Below are positions 7,681 to 18,900 of a DNA stretch of 64,000 nucleotides, one piece after another. How positions within the stretch are numbered: position 1 is the stretch's first letter; each line of letters starts with the position of its first letter. Under the pieces are notes generated by a model. The model was not told the DNA's origin. It ran no database searches and saw only the letters and a list, made by a program, of their open reading frames with translations. The stretch covers positions 28,943 to 92,942 of the forward strand of contig JAYSUD010000001.1 in assembly GCA_043719295.1 (NCBI GenBank), in the 5' to 3' direction. The translations under genes were made by a program, and so were the position numbers. The stretch comes from a bacterium. GTDB lineage: Bacteria; Patescibacteriota; Minisyncoccia; Phycocordibacterales; UBA918.

Positions 7681-9600
7681 ATGAATAGGACCTACCTGTG
7701 TAGGAGTCTTGGTGTTATAGCACTTGCTGTTGTTTTAGTGCTCGGTTTTTTCGTCTTTCCGTTTTATAGCAACGCACTTAATATTCACTCATACAGTGAC
7801 ACTATTACCGATTCACGTCCCTTGGGTTATGCAAACCACACACTTGAATTTACGATCAAAACTGATATTGCGCCTTCTGGATTTATTGAAATTGAACCGC
7901 CCTCTGGATTTGAAATTACTTCTGCAGGTACTTTTGGTGAACGTAACGTTGAGGTGTATGTAAATGGGTTGTTGCGAACGGCAAGTTCAACAGGAGGTGC
8001 CACTGTTGATGAAGTAGTTATTACCCGTGGTTCACCTGGACTTATTCGCTATAGTTTAAACCCTACAGCAGGTATTGCAACAGATTCTCTAATTGAAGTA
8101 CGTATCGGTAATCATACTACTGGTGCATTGTATGACAGTGTTTCTTTTAGTAGTACTACAGGCACTACTACAACAATACGTGATACAGAGCCAATTAAAA
8201 ATAGTTCACAAATCGGCACACATAAAGTAGGTATTTCTTTTGGAGGAACTACAGCACCAGCGTATGCTGAGTTTAGTATTGCGGTTGTTAATGCGGTAGG
8301 TACAGGATTTGTTGATACAACTGAAACTGTTCCTCCATATCGTTTTAATGGTGCACCAACAGGTGAGATTGGAGGAACGACATTTAATGTTGAACTATCA
8401 CTTGAAACAGATGAGTTGGCTACGTGTAAGTTTTCGCAAGCATCAGGTACTCCGTATGTTTCAATGAACCGCACTTTTTCTCAAACGGGGCAAGTAGTCC
8501 ACTCGTCAATTGTGTCAGTTGCAACAGGGACACTCAATTCATACTTTGTTCGCTGTCTTGACGATGAAGGAAACTTCAACATTGACGATTACGTTATTTC
8601 TTTTATTTCGCAACCGCCACCATCAGGAAATCCTAACTCTGAAGGAGATGTAGATGGAGACGGAACTGGTACTGGAAATGACGGAACAGGAAGTGGTTCA
8701 GGCAGTGGCGGATCATCGGGAAATTCAAATGGTGGAGGTGGAGGAAGTGGTAGCAGTAGTGGTGGAGGTGGTGGTAGTAGTGGTGGAGGAAGTGGAGGTG
8801 ATAGTGGTACTGAAAATGCCAGTGAATCAGGTGGGGGACTTGAGTCAACTAACGCACCGTATCGAAGTGGTGACGCTGAAGTAGTAATTCGTGGATATGC
8901 ATTCCCTGGAAGTACTGTGTATGGACTTGTTGATGGGTTTCAAACAAAAAATGTAAAAGCAGGCAGTGATGGTAGTTACAGTATGACCATAGAGGAAATT
9001 GCACGTGGAGTGTATACCTTTGGTGTGTACGCAGTTGATGGTAGTGGTAAAAAATCAAGTACGTTTAGTACATCGTTTACCGTCACGGGAGGTAGAACTT
9101 CTAACCTTTCAAATATCAATATCATGCCGTCAATTACGGTAACTCCAAACCCTGTGACATCGGGGCAGTCACTTACTGTTAAAGGCGAATCAATTCCAAA
9201 CGCAGAAGTTACTGTTGAAAATCTAAATGATAAAAGTTCAGCGTCAAGAAAAAGTTTTACTGCAACTGCTAATGCATCAGGTGACTGGTCACTAACTATT
9301 GATACAACTGGCTTCACCAATGGTACGTATAAGATACGCGCAAAATCAAAGCAACTTGCAGGGTTGCTTTTAGAGACAAACTTTTCTGAGTATACATTTT
9401 ATGGAGTAGGTCAAAGTGCGGACGTCCCCTTAAGTGCTGACTTAAACACTGATGGAAAAGTAAACCTAACCGACTTCTCAATCTTACTCTTTTGGTGGGG
9501 AGGTGACGGGGGTAATTCAAACCCCCCTGCTGACATCAATAGAGACAAAAAAGTAAACCTAACCGACTTCTCAATCTTACTCTTCAACTGGACCGGTTAA
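7681..9600 (+). CDS. Secreted dockerin-containing surface protein (shared N-terminal module, Ig-like repeats, Gly/Ser-rich linker, C-terminal dockerin)
   Basis: TM/signal; N-terminal module homologous to 3084/40737 proteins (YSDTITDS...HTLEFTIKT...SGFEIT); (GGS)n linker; C-terminal double repeat DLNTDGKVNLTDFSILLFWWGG / DINRDKKVNLTDFSILLFNWTG matches the dockerin Ca-binding repeats. Track ORF begins 7597; ATG 7681 precedes the signal peptide. Confidence 0.65.
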   Translation: MNRTYLCRSLGVIALAVVLVLGFFVFPFYSNALNIHSYSDTITDSRPLGYANHTLEFTIKTDIAPSGFIEIEPPSGFEITSAGTFGERNVEVYVNGLLRTASSTGGATVDEVVITRGSPGLIRYSLNPTAGIATDSLIEVRIGNHTTGALYDSVSFSSTTGTTTTIRDTEPIKNSSQIGTHKVGISFGGTTAPAYAEFSIAVVNAVGTGFVDTTETVPPYRFNGAPTGEIGGTTFNVELSLETDELATCKFSQASGTPYVSMNRTFSQTGQVVHSSIVSVATGTLNSYFVRCLDDEGNFNIDDYVISFISQPPPSGNPNSEGDVDGDGTGTGNDGTGSGSGSGGSSGNSNGGGGGSGSSSGGGGGSSGGGSGGDSGTENASESGGGLESTNAPYRSGDAEVVIRGYAFPGSTVYGLVDGFQTKNVKAGSDGSYSMTIEEIARGVYTFGVYAVDGSGKKSSTFSTSFTVTGGRTSNLSNINIMPSITVTPNPVTSGQSLTVKGESIPNAEVTVENLNDKSSASRKSFTATANASGDWSLTIDTTGFTNGTYKIRAKSKQLAGLLLETNFSEYTFYGVGQSADVPLSADLNTDGKVNLTDFSILLFWWGGDGGNSNPPADINRDKKVNLTDFSILLFNWTG

Positions 9601-9639
9601 AATGAATTAAATCACTTCATTTGCTTTGTCAGCCTACGA

Positions 9640-9688
9640 AAAAAGACACTCGCTGGGTATTCACCCCACTCGTGTCTTTTTTCTTGTC
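9640..9688 (+). terminator. Probable rho-independent terminator (imperfect hairpin plus T-run)
   Basis: AAAAAAGACACTCGCTGGG...CCCCACTCGTGTCTTTTTTC downstream of the 9600 stop. Confidence 0.4.
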
Positions 9689-9811
9689 TTTCGCGCATCT
9701 AAAGCAATTTACTTCATTTTAATTATTTATAAAAAATTTTAGAAATATCTCGATGCGTAACTGTGCATAAATAACTTCAGTATAAGTAGATAGACACGAT
9801 ATAATTCTTGT

Positions 9812-10276
9812 ATGTCCTTTCTACAAAGACTTAAAGGTCGGGGTGTACGAAGTGGAGAAAAACTACTTTCTTCTGATGAAGCTACTTCGCTTGATAAAAT
9901 TGTGCAACTTGATGTTGACGTGTTTCAAACTGACAACATGATTGTTGTTTATGCACATGCGGCGGGTGCTGATATGTCTGACATTCAAGTTTCCATTGAA
10001 GGAGACGCTGACATTGTACTTATTGAAGGGCGACGACTTCGTCCTGAACATATTGCATTTCCAAAGAAGAAACCTGATGGTGCATTTTTTACTGAAGAAT
10101 GTATCTGGGGCGATTTTTATCGAAGAATTATTTTGCCTGAAAGTGTTGATATCGAAAACGCTGATGCAAAAATTAAAAATGGTGTTCTCATTTTAGTATT
10201 GCCACTTTTGAAAGCTGAAGAAAAAGAAAAAGTAAAACTGAAGATAACTAAAGCAAAGTCAGCACAACGTATGTAA
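9812..10276 (+). CDS. Hsp20/alpha-crystallin family small heat-shock protein
   Basis: ACD pattern VDVFQTDNMIVVYAHAAGADMSDIQVSIEGD..LIEG...GDFYRRIILPESVDIENADAKIKNGVLILVLPL. Confidence 0.75.
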   Translation: MSFLQRLKGRGVRSGEKLLSSDEATSLDKIVQLDVDVFQTDNMIVVYAHAAGADMSDIQVSIEGDADIVLIEGRRLRPEHIAFPKKKPDGAFFTEECIWGDFYRRIILPESVDIENADAKIKNGVLILVLPLLKAEEKEKVKLKITKAKSAQRM

Positions 10277-10285
10277 TAATACATA

Positions 10286-11851
10286 GTGTACTCACATCGT
10301 ATGAATGTTCTTTCTCACACACTCTCTTTCAAAAATTCGCTAATCAAATTAGGTATTGCTGTTTTAGCAGTTTCTATAACTTATTTCTTGTGGGGTATTT
10401 CAAATGCGTATGCAGCTGACTTGGTTGTCTCTCCTTCATCTGGATCATATGCATCGGGACAAACGTTTACCGTAACTATTCAAGCAGATCCAAAAGGTGA
10501 TAGTGTCAATGCGGTTGAAGCTGGACTAACGTTTGATAAAACAAAGCTTTCTGTAGTGAGTGTTTCAAAAACAGGATCTGCGTTTTCACTGTGGACCACT
10601 GAACCAGTTTTTTCAAATACTGCAGGAACTATTACCTTTGGTGGAGGGAGTCCAACTCCGTTTACTGCTAAGTCCACACTTATGAGTGTGACGTTTAGAA
10701 CGCTAACTGAAGGTGCGGGTAGTGTTTCTTTTGGAACTGCGTCAGTTTTGGCTGCAGACGGTAGAGGAACTGATGTGCTTAAAGCAAAAGTTGGAGGAAA
10801 TTACACCGTTACTGCTACAACAGCGCCTGCACCAACGCCAACACCGACCCCAGAGACACCTAAAAAACCTGAAGAAGCACCTAAAACAGAAGATTCAAAT
10901 GCAGCACTTGCGTTTGGAGATCCGCCACGTGCACCTGAAGTCGGATCTGTAACGTTTCTTGATCCTGAGATTTGGTATAACAAAAAAGATGGAGCTTTTA
11001 CCTGGGAGCTTCCGTTTGACGTAAATGCATTACGGGCTGAAATTGCAACCTCAGCATCAAATGTACCAACAACCGTCATAGATCCGCCAAACGAAGAATT
11101 TGTTTTAAATAAAGAAAATATTGTTGACGGTATACAGTACTTGAGTATTCAGTACAAGAACCAAGTTGGTTGGGGTGCTGTTTTAAATCGTAAGATACAA
11201 ATAGATACAACTGCACCAGAGCCATTTGCAATAACTGTGCGAGCTGGAACAACTCCTTCTTCATTCCCACTATTGGTTTTCGATGCAAAAGACGTAACCT
11301 CAGGTATCGAAAAATATGAACTTACTATTGCTTCAAGCGAGCCGGTTATTGTAACTCCTGAAGAAGCACGTTTAGGTTATTTAATTAAAGATCTTGAAGA
11401 CGGTACCTATACAGTCAAAATTGTTGCGTTCGACAAAGCAGGAAACAAAATGGAAAGTAGTGTTCCAATTTTAATTACTGCAGGTTGGATAAAGCCACTT
11501 GATACACTTGAGGAAGTTTCGTTTTGGTCATTCTTAACAGGAACAACTATCTTTGTAACACTTCTTATACTCGCACTCTTGATGCAATTCGCATACTTGG
11601 TATACGAACGAAAGCAATACCGAAAGAAGGAAGAGAAGTTACGAAAAGAGACTCGAGAAATTCAAGATCAAATGGAAAAAATCTTCTCTGCATTACGTGA
11701 TGAGATTTACGATCAAATTAATAATATTTCAAAGCGGCCACGACTATCAGTTAAAGAAAAAGAAGCTGTTGAAGGTCTAAACCAAGCACTTGAAGTATCA
11801 GAGACGCTTATTGAGAAAGAGATTAATGACGTCAAGAAGATACTTAAGTAA
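10286..11851 (+). CDS. Membrane-anchored cohesin-like domain protein (N-terminal cohesin-like module, Pro/Thr linker, Ig/FN3-like domains, C-terminal TM plus cytoplasmic coiled coil)
   Basis: ADLVVSPSSGSYASGQTFTVTIQADP...VSFGTASVLAADGRGTDVLKAKVGGNYTVTA resembles the cohesin beta-sandwich; paralogous modules at 42634, 43679, 46124; C-terminal TM LTGTTIFVTLLILALLMQFAYLV then charged coiled coil. Confidence 0.5.
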   Translation: MYSHRMNVLSHTLSFKNSLIKLGIAVLAVSITYFLWGISNAYAADLVVSPSSGSYASGQTFTVTIQADPKGDSVNAVEAGLTFDKTKLSVVSVSKTGSAFSLWTTEPVFSNTAGTITFGGGSPTPFTAKSTLMSVTFRTLTEGAGSVSFGTASVLAADGRGTDVLKAKVGGNYTVTATTAPAPTPTPTPETPKKPEEAPKTEDSNAALAFGDPPRAPEVGSVTFLDPEIWYNKKDGAFTWELPFDVNALRAEIATSASNVPTTVIDPPNEEFVLNKENIVDGIQYLSIQYKNQVGWGAVLNRKIQIDTTAPEPFAITVRAGTTPSSFPLLVFDAKDVTSGIEKYELTIASSEPVIVTPEEARLGYLIKDLEDGTYTVKIVAFDKAGNKMESSVPILITAGWIKPLDTLEEVSFWSFLTGTTIFVTLLILALLMQFAYLVYERKQYRKKEEKLRKETREIQDQMEKIFSALRDEIYDQINNISKRPRLSVKEKEAVEGLNQALEVSETLIEKEINDVKKILK

Positions 11852-12740
11852 AAATGAGCTACAGAGCGTAGCGACAATAGCGAATTTTGTTCCCAGTTTC
11901 TGCTGCTGACCGAGAGAAATACTTTAAGCCTCAGCTTTGCTGTGCTTAAAGTATTTCTCAGCAGAAACTGCTGGAACTCTCCAACGCTTGGTAATCTCCG
12001 CACCTTGGTATCAAGTATATCGAATTTCCCTTCTTACAGAAGCTGTCCACTCATTGGATACTTTATTTCGTTTCACTCATAAAGTACCTCAATGAGTCTT
12101 GCAAAAGTGTCACACACTTTCTCACCCAGTTTCTGCTGCTGACTCAGAAAAATATTGTACGCCTCAGCTTTAGCTGTGCGTACAATATTTTTCAGCAGAA
12201 ACTGCTGGAACTCTCCAACAGCGACATAACTCTGCATACAGCTATCTTCAACAAAAAACTTCTGGAGCTACCACTCGAACGTAATTCATACTCTATTCTC
12301 TTGTGTGCTACTGAAATCGAGAAAGATCGAGAGTGAGCTAAGCGTTAGAGACGTCCAGCAGTTTCCGCCGATCATAGTTTAGAACACGGCTAGCGCCGAG
12401 TTTCTAAACTATTCTCTAGGGCAAGGCGGAAACTGGGACGCACCGTACTCTGGAGTAGAAGTTTGCTATTGTCGTTTGCATACTACTGAAATCGAGAAAG
12501 ATCGAGAGTGAGCTTAGCGTTGGAGACGTCCAGCGATTTTTGCTGAACAATACTGTCTGCACAGCTAACGCTGAGGCAGACAGTATTGTTCTGGGTCAGT
12601 AGCAAAAATCGGGACGGAAGTTCGTCATTGTCGCTACAGACAGTGGAGTTAACTTAAGGTTCGAGACGTCGATACCAAGCCCAGGAAAGGGCAAGGTACT
12701 GACGGAAATTCGCCATTGTCGTCTGCGACTCTGTGGCTCA
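11852..12740. repeat. Cluster of ~5 family-1 long palindromic hairpin elements (100-190 bp each), both orientations
   Basis: Units built from GTAGCGACAATAGCGAATTTCCGTCCCAGTTTCCGCC ...variable inner stem... CTCAGCTAACGCTGAGG ...GGCGGAAACTGCTGGACGTCTCCAAC. Copies at ~11868-11987, 12125-12224, 12342-12480, 12517-12633, remnant 12660-12735. Confidence 0.8.
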
Positions 12741-12801
12741 TTCCTCTCCACAGTTATAAAGCGCCAAATAAGGGTTTGACGCGTTATAATTATTGAGAAT
12801 A

Positions 12802-12821
12802 CACAGTAATAAATACTGTGT
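12802..12821. promoter_or_regulatory. Perfect 8-bp-arm palindrome ACACAGTA-ATAA-TACTGTGT upstream of giant adhesin gene (candidate operator)
   Basis: Seen directly; located ~175 nt upstream of the RBS-supported start at 12995. Confidence 0.3.
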
Positions 12822-12994
12822 AGGTTGTATGTAACTGGATGAGGTTTTTCTCAAAAAAAAGAGGTGAGAATACTATAATATCCATATTTAAAGCGCTATA
12901 TTTTACAGTGTGTGCTTTTGTTGCATCCTTCTCTACAAAACTAGTACCAAGAAGAATATTTGTCACATACAACTCAATATTGAGGAGATTAAAA

Positions 12995-15900
12995 ATGTCG
13001 ATTATCACTGCCTTGATACTTGTTGGTATTGGTGGTGTGGGTGTGCACTATACATTTTCAAATATCTATGCAAGTGATCATAAGGGTAGTATTAAAAGCA
13101 CACTTTTGGTGTATCCTTCCACTGTATTAGATTCAACATGGGGTGGAGTTACCGATGCGCTCACTTCAGACTTGGATGAAGAATCGATGTATCAAGATTT
13201 TTCTGCACGTAATTCAGCGTATATACTTTTGACTTCAGATGATTCTACTCAACCATCAAATGCAAATACACAATCGCAAAATCAAGTTGTCCCACAACCT
13301 GACGAAAAAACAGATGATGCACCTTTAATTCCTTCAGATGAAACTCAATCATCAGTACTTGAATCTGATGTTGTACCAGATGCTCCTGCTCTAGAAACTG
13401 AAACTGAAAGTGTGAGTGAACCAGTGACTTTAAAAAAGGCTACTGCTTCAGTTTTTACATTCCTTGAAACAGTAACTCGATTATTTCCTTTCGCACAAGA
13501 GACGGTACAAGAACCAGTAAGTGAACAAGAATCAGATTCTGAAGCATCGCTTGAGAATATACCCCAAGCTGAAGTTGTTGAAACTCTGAAGCCAACAGTT
13601 GTTGAAGTTCAAACTGTAGAGGAGCTGCCAGTACCTCTAGAAAATTCAACTGTTTCGACAACATCTCCATCAATAACTCTGCCAATGCTAGCGCCAGTTA
13701 CAAATGAAACGAAAGAAGTAAATGTACAACAGCAAAATTCAGTGCAACACTCGATCACTCTTTCTGATTTTAGTATTCCCGATTTAAAAACAGGTGAATT
13801 TATTACCAACGTTCAGTTGCGTATGTCACTTGGAGCTAAGTACAAAGATCAAGATAGTGAGGTCAAACCAGAAATATCAATTAGTTACAAAACACCATCA
13901 TCGACAAGTGATGTGGGTACCATTATTCTTGAAGATGAAGTTTCAAATGCACTCAATGGTGGATACTTTTTGTTTGCTCTTCCTGAAATTCTCACAGCTT
14001 CAGAGTTACGTGATATACACATTACCGTAACTTACAAAGGTGACATAAAAAAACTTGACGGAGTATTTCTTGATGCAGTATGGCTTGAGATAGATGTTGA
14101 GAGCATTGATAAAGAGGCTCTTGAAGAACAGGTATTAATTGATACACAAATAAAACAGGATGAACCTTTGCTCCACACAATGATTAGCGAACAGGTGGAT
14201 TTTACACGAAGCGAACTTCCAAAATTCAGTCTTAAGTACAATGCACAACGTAATATTGCTGTTCGGTTTTTCCGAGATTTATTTGGTCGTGATTTAGCAA
14301 CTATTGAAGATGTCTCATTTGTACACAGCGATGCTGGTGATATTGGCGCTACTCCTAAAATTGATATGACAAGTGAAGGCTTGCTCACTATTCAGTTTGA
14401 GGAAAATGACATGCGTCGCTTGAAGCCTGGGGAATACACAGTTGAACTTGAGGTAAACGAAGGGGGGGTATCATACACCGACTCATTCTCTTTCCAGTGG
14501 GGACTTTTGTCTTTGAACTCTAACAAGAGTGTCTATACACCAAATGAAACTGCAACAATATCCTTGGGTTCTTTGTCACTTAATGGAAACACTGTATGTG
14601 ATGCAAATTTGCGGTTGTATATTATTGATGGAGCTAATGGTGTTTCAAAATCTGAGGTTACTCCTTCTGGTTTGTGTAACGGAAATAATGTTATTGATAT
14701 TGCAGACTACAGTGCCACATTTATACCAACAACAGTTGGTATACATGAAATGTATCTTGAGCGAATTGATGTTGACGGTACCATTATGTCCCACACTTCC
14801 GATACCTTTGATGTTCGAGAAGTAGTACCACTATCAATAGAGAGAAATGGACCAAGTAGAATCTATCCGAGAGCAACCTATCCGATGGAGCTTATTGTAG
14901 ATGGAAAGTCACCATGGGTAGGAACACTTGTTGAAGTTGTTCCTTCTGATTTTGTAATTTCAGAAACTGATGCGATCGTTACCAAGAGAGGTGATTTCCA
15001 AGAACTTACATGGGATATCAGTGTTGATGTAGATGCGCCACAGACAGTCTCATATACATTTGATGCTCCAGATATTTCACCATTTTTGTATACGGTAGGA
15101 AAAGCAAAACTGGTGGGTATACAACCCGAACCTCAGGTTATTGATGATGCTCAAGTGGAGGTATTGGTACCAAGTGAAGTAGAGCCACTTTCTCCTGTTA
15201 CTGTCCCCGATGATACAGTAATTGATGTCATTGATGCTACAGATACTCCTATTGCTGTAGAGCCCATAGAATCAGTCCCCGAAACAATAGCTACTTCAAG
15301 CACAGAAAGTTCTCTTGAAGAAAAAGACATGCAACCTGTTGAAGAGGAAAAAACGTTGTTAGAAAAAATAATTGATTTTATTCCGTTTATTGGAAACGAT
15401 GAAACGCCCGCATCATCTGAGGTTGTTGAACCCGTATCGGAACTGCAAGTATCTACACCAGAACTTCAAGAGCCTACACCTATGGATCAGGTTGTTGCAT
15501 CAGAAATCGATGCGCTAACTCCTTCATCAGCAGTAGAAACAGAAGTCATAGCTTCTTCAACAATCTTAATGAGTGAAGCTGTTACTGTAGAAGCAATGGG
15601 GGGTGAGACAGTTTTTGAAGAGCATCGTCAATGGCAAATTGCGTCTGATGCAACGGGAAGTATGATTGCCTATTGGACTTCAGGTGCCTCCGTGCCATCA
15701 GGATGGACTTGCTTGTCATGTGGCTCTGGAACTTTTTACCAAAAGTTTGTACGTGGTGGAGCAACTTATAATCAAACAGGAGGCGCTGCTACGCATACGC
15801 ACAACGCAAGTGGTACCGTCAATGCTTCAGCTGTAGCTAACTCAGAAAACAGAGCAGGTGTTAACGTCGCACTTAATTCTCACTCACACACATACACACC

Positions 15901-18900
15901 GACAATTACTGCGTCTACAACATTACCTGCGTACAGAAATTTACGAGTAATTCAAAACAATAGTGCAGGGGAACCTGCAACAGTTCCGGCTGGAGTAGTG
16001 ATGCTGTTTGACGGTACCTTGCCTTCAGGTTGGGTACAATACGCAGCACTTACCAATCGCTATCCACGGGGAGAAAATACTATTGCAAGTTTAGGTACCT
16101 CAACGCACCGCCATACTATCTCCGGTTCAACCCTTGCAGCTTCAGGATCTACTGTTGACGGAAGAGCGGGAGGAACACAGGTTAGCGCATCAGCTAATAC
16201 TCATACGCATACCGTTAGTTCAAATACTGGTTTTGTTAATCATGAACCACCATACGTAAGTGTTATTTTTGCCACTTCAACAACCGCAACTAACACACCA
16301 ACGGGAGCTGTTACTATGTGGACTGATACACCGCCTGCACAATGGCAAAACGCTTCTGCGCAAGCAAGCGATCCATTTTTTGATAAGTTTATTAAGGGTT
16401 CAGCAACCTATGGAACAACTGGAGGAACTGAAACCCATACACACAGTAGTGTTAACGGTATAACAAGTAGTGCTGCAGTTGGAACACAAAATGCACGTAC
16501 GGGGGCAACAGGTGCAAACACTACGCACACTCATGCTGTTGATGTAAGTAGTTTTACAACAACAAATCATTTGCCACCATATATAACTGCAATTTTTGGT
16601 CGAAAGTATGGACCTGTACCCCTCTACACACAAAGTGGTTTTAAGTTTTATGTAAACACCAATGCATCAACACCAACTGACGCGTGGCCAGTTGGAGGGG
16701 ACGCACTATTGGAAAATGAGCCAATTGATGCTGCAAGTGTACCGGTTAAAAACGCTGACGTCGTACGTATCCGAACACAGCTTTCCGTTTCTAACTCTAC
16801 TTCTACAGCAGAATCTTTTAAGTTACAGTTTGCTTCAACAACAGCTTTGTGTACTGACGCTACAACATGGACTGATGTTGGAAATGCGACATCTTCAGCA
16901 CTATGGCGTGGGTACAACAATGCGGGAGTAAGTGATGGAGCGACGCTGTCATCTTCAACAATTTCGGGTACCGATGTATATGGTACCTATGAAGAAATAA
17001 ACCCTACGGTAACGATGCCAAATACTGTTGGTATTGCACGTCAAGGTGAGTGGGACTTTGTGGTGCAGCAAAATGCTGCACTTGAAGGAACTACGTATTG
17101 TTTCAGAATGGTTAAGAGCAACGGCACACCTCTATTTGCGTATGCGCAGTATCCAAGTGTTGTAACAAATGAGGCACCTAATGCACCTTCATTATCAAAA
17201 CTTTTTGACAACGAAAAAACAGCTACAACAACTCCTGATTTTGAGTTTTCGGCTTCTGATAATGAGTCAAATGATTTAACGTATCAAATTCAAATTGATG
17301 ATGACGCGTTGTTTGGATCGGTAACCGTTGATAGAAACAGTGTTACAAACTCTGCGCAATTTGAAAACCTCGCAACTCCAGCAGATAAAGATCCATTTAC
17401 ACAAGGTGAGCTAATTCGTTTTAATAACACCACAGGACTGACTAACGGCACAACCTACTATTGGCGTGTTCGTGCGAGCGACCCAACGGGTTCAAATACA
17501 CAAGGAAGTTGGTCGACGGTTCGAAGCTTCACTGTTGACACAGCACTAACTTTTTCTACGTGGTTTCAAACAACTGATGAGCAGTTTGATACCAACACAC
17601 TTAATGGTGTTGATGGAGTAACTGATCAAGCGCAACTGCGAGTTGGTTCGACCACGGGAACTATGTACAGTGATCCAGTTACTTTTAGTGAGGGACTTGT
17701 TGGTACTGCATGGGGCTCGTTTGCATTTAATGATACTGAAACAAGTAGCGATTTGAAATACACTATTCAATACAATAATGGCGGGACATGGACTGATATT
17801 CCTGATTCCGTTCTTTCTGGAAACGTTGCAGGTTTTGATACTTCACCAGTGTCGCTTCTTGGAGTTAATAAAACAGTGTATAGCGAGTTGCGTATTGAAG
17901 CGAATTTTGTAAACTCTGGTGCCTCACCGTCTTTACAGAACTGGTCTGTTACCTGGGCATACTTAATTGAAACACCAACAATCAATGCTCCTTTTGGTAA
18001 TGAAAAGGTAGCAACTACAACACCCACCTTTGAGTTCACTACAACTGATCCACAAAACGATAGTTTGCAATATCAAATACAATGGTCAACAACCTACGCG
18101 TTTACTGCTTCAACAACACGCAACTCAAATGTGAATGCTGGTTTTTCAAACGCGACAAACGGTGGGGATACTGACCCGTTTAATTCAGGTGATACTATTC
18201 GCTTTAAAATACAGGCGGGCGATGCATTAACAAATGGCACAACCTACTGGTGGCGTGTACGTGCACGTGACCCGTTAGGAAGTAATACCTATTCGTTCTT
18301 TGCTGACCCGAGGAGTCTTACTGTCGATACTACGGTAACAGTTTCAACATGGTTTCAAACTACACGATCACAATTTGGAAATAACACACTTTCAAATACG
18401 TATGCGCGGGGGACAGATGTGATTACTGTTGCAACAACTACACAGACGTCCCTTATTGCCTACGCAGAAGGAACAGTAACAACTCCACGCTATCGAACGT
18501 GGGATGGTTCAGTGTGGTCAATTGAAAGCTCAGCGCTTGATGTTGGTGCAACCATAAACTGGACGGTAACTAAAGCATCACCTACAGAAAGTGAATACAT
18601 TCTTGCAACCATGGGTACTGATGCAGATGTGAACGTACAAGTATTTAAAAATGGTGCATGGGGAAATTTACAAGAAGTAACTGCGTCGATTTCAAATACT
18701 ACTATGCGTGGATTTGATGTGGGATATGAGCAGTCTTCAGGAGATGCAATGGTCGTAACCTGTGATGGGGATGCAAATCCGACCTATTGGATGTGGAATG
18801 GAAGTGCCTGGTCGAATGAGGGTGCCATTGGTTTGTCAGCTGGAAATACCTGTGGTTGGATTAAACTTATTTCTGATCCAACGTCAGATGAAATTATTGC

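Noticed and set aside
8633-8848. His/Tyr-rich 71-aa ORF on minus strand (HHYYHHLHHY...)
   Set aside because: Antisense reading of the (GGT/GGA/AGT)n linker-coding repeat in the 7681..9600 gene; low-complexity artefact.
11855-11872. Mini-ORF ATGAGCTACAGAGCGTAG (MSYRA*) recurring at the leader of family-1 elements (also 31354 MSKRA*, 38814, 42034)
   Set aside because: Five codons, no RBS; the product sequence is not conserved beyond the nucleotide motif AAATGAGC(T/C)ACAGAGCG. More likely part of the repeat leader than a coding gene.
11852-12740. CRISPR array
   Set aside because: The repeats are long (100-190 bp) palindromic hairpins of variable sequence with no regular short direct repeat/spacer periodicity, and no cas genes are in the window.
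12839-12994. Start of giant adhesin at 12839 as in ORF track (MRFFSKKRGEN...)
   Set aside because: There is no RBS, and the in-frame ATG at 12995 has a strong GAGGAG RBS and begins the TM anchor. The upstream extension is probably untranslated leader.
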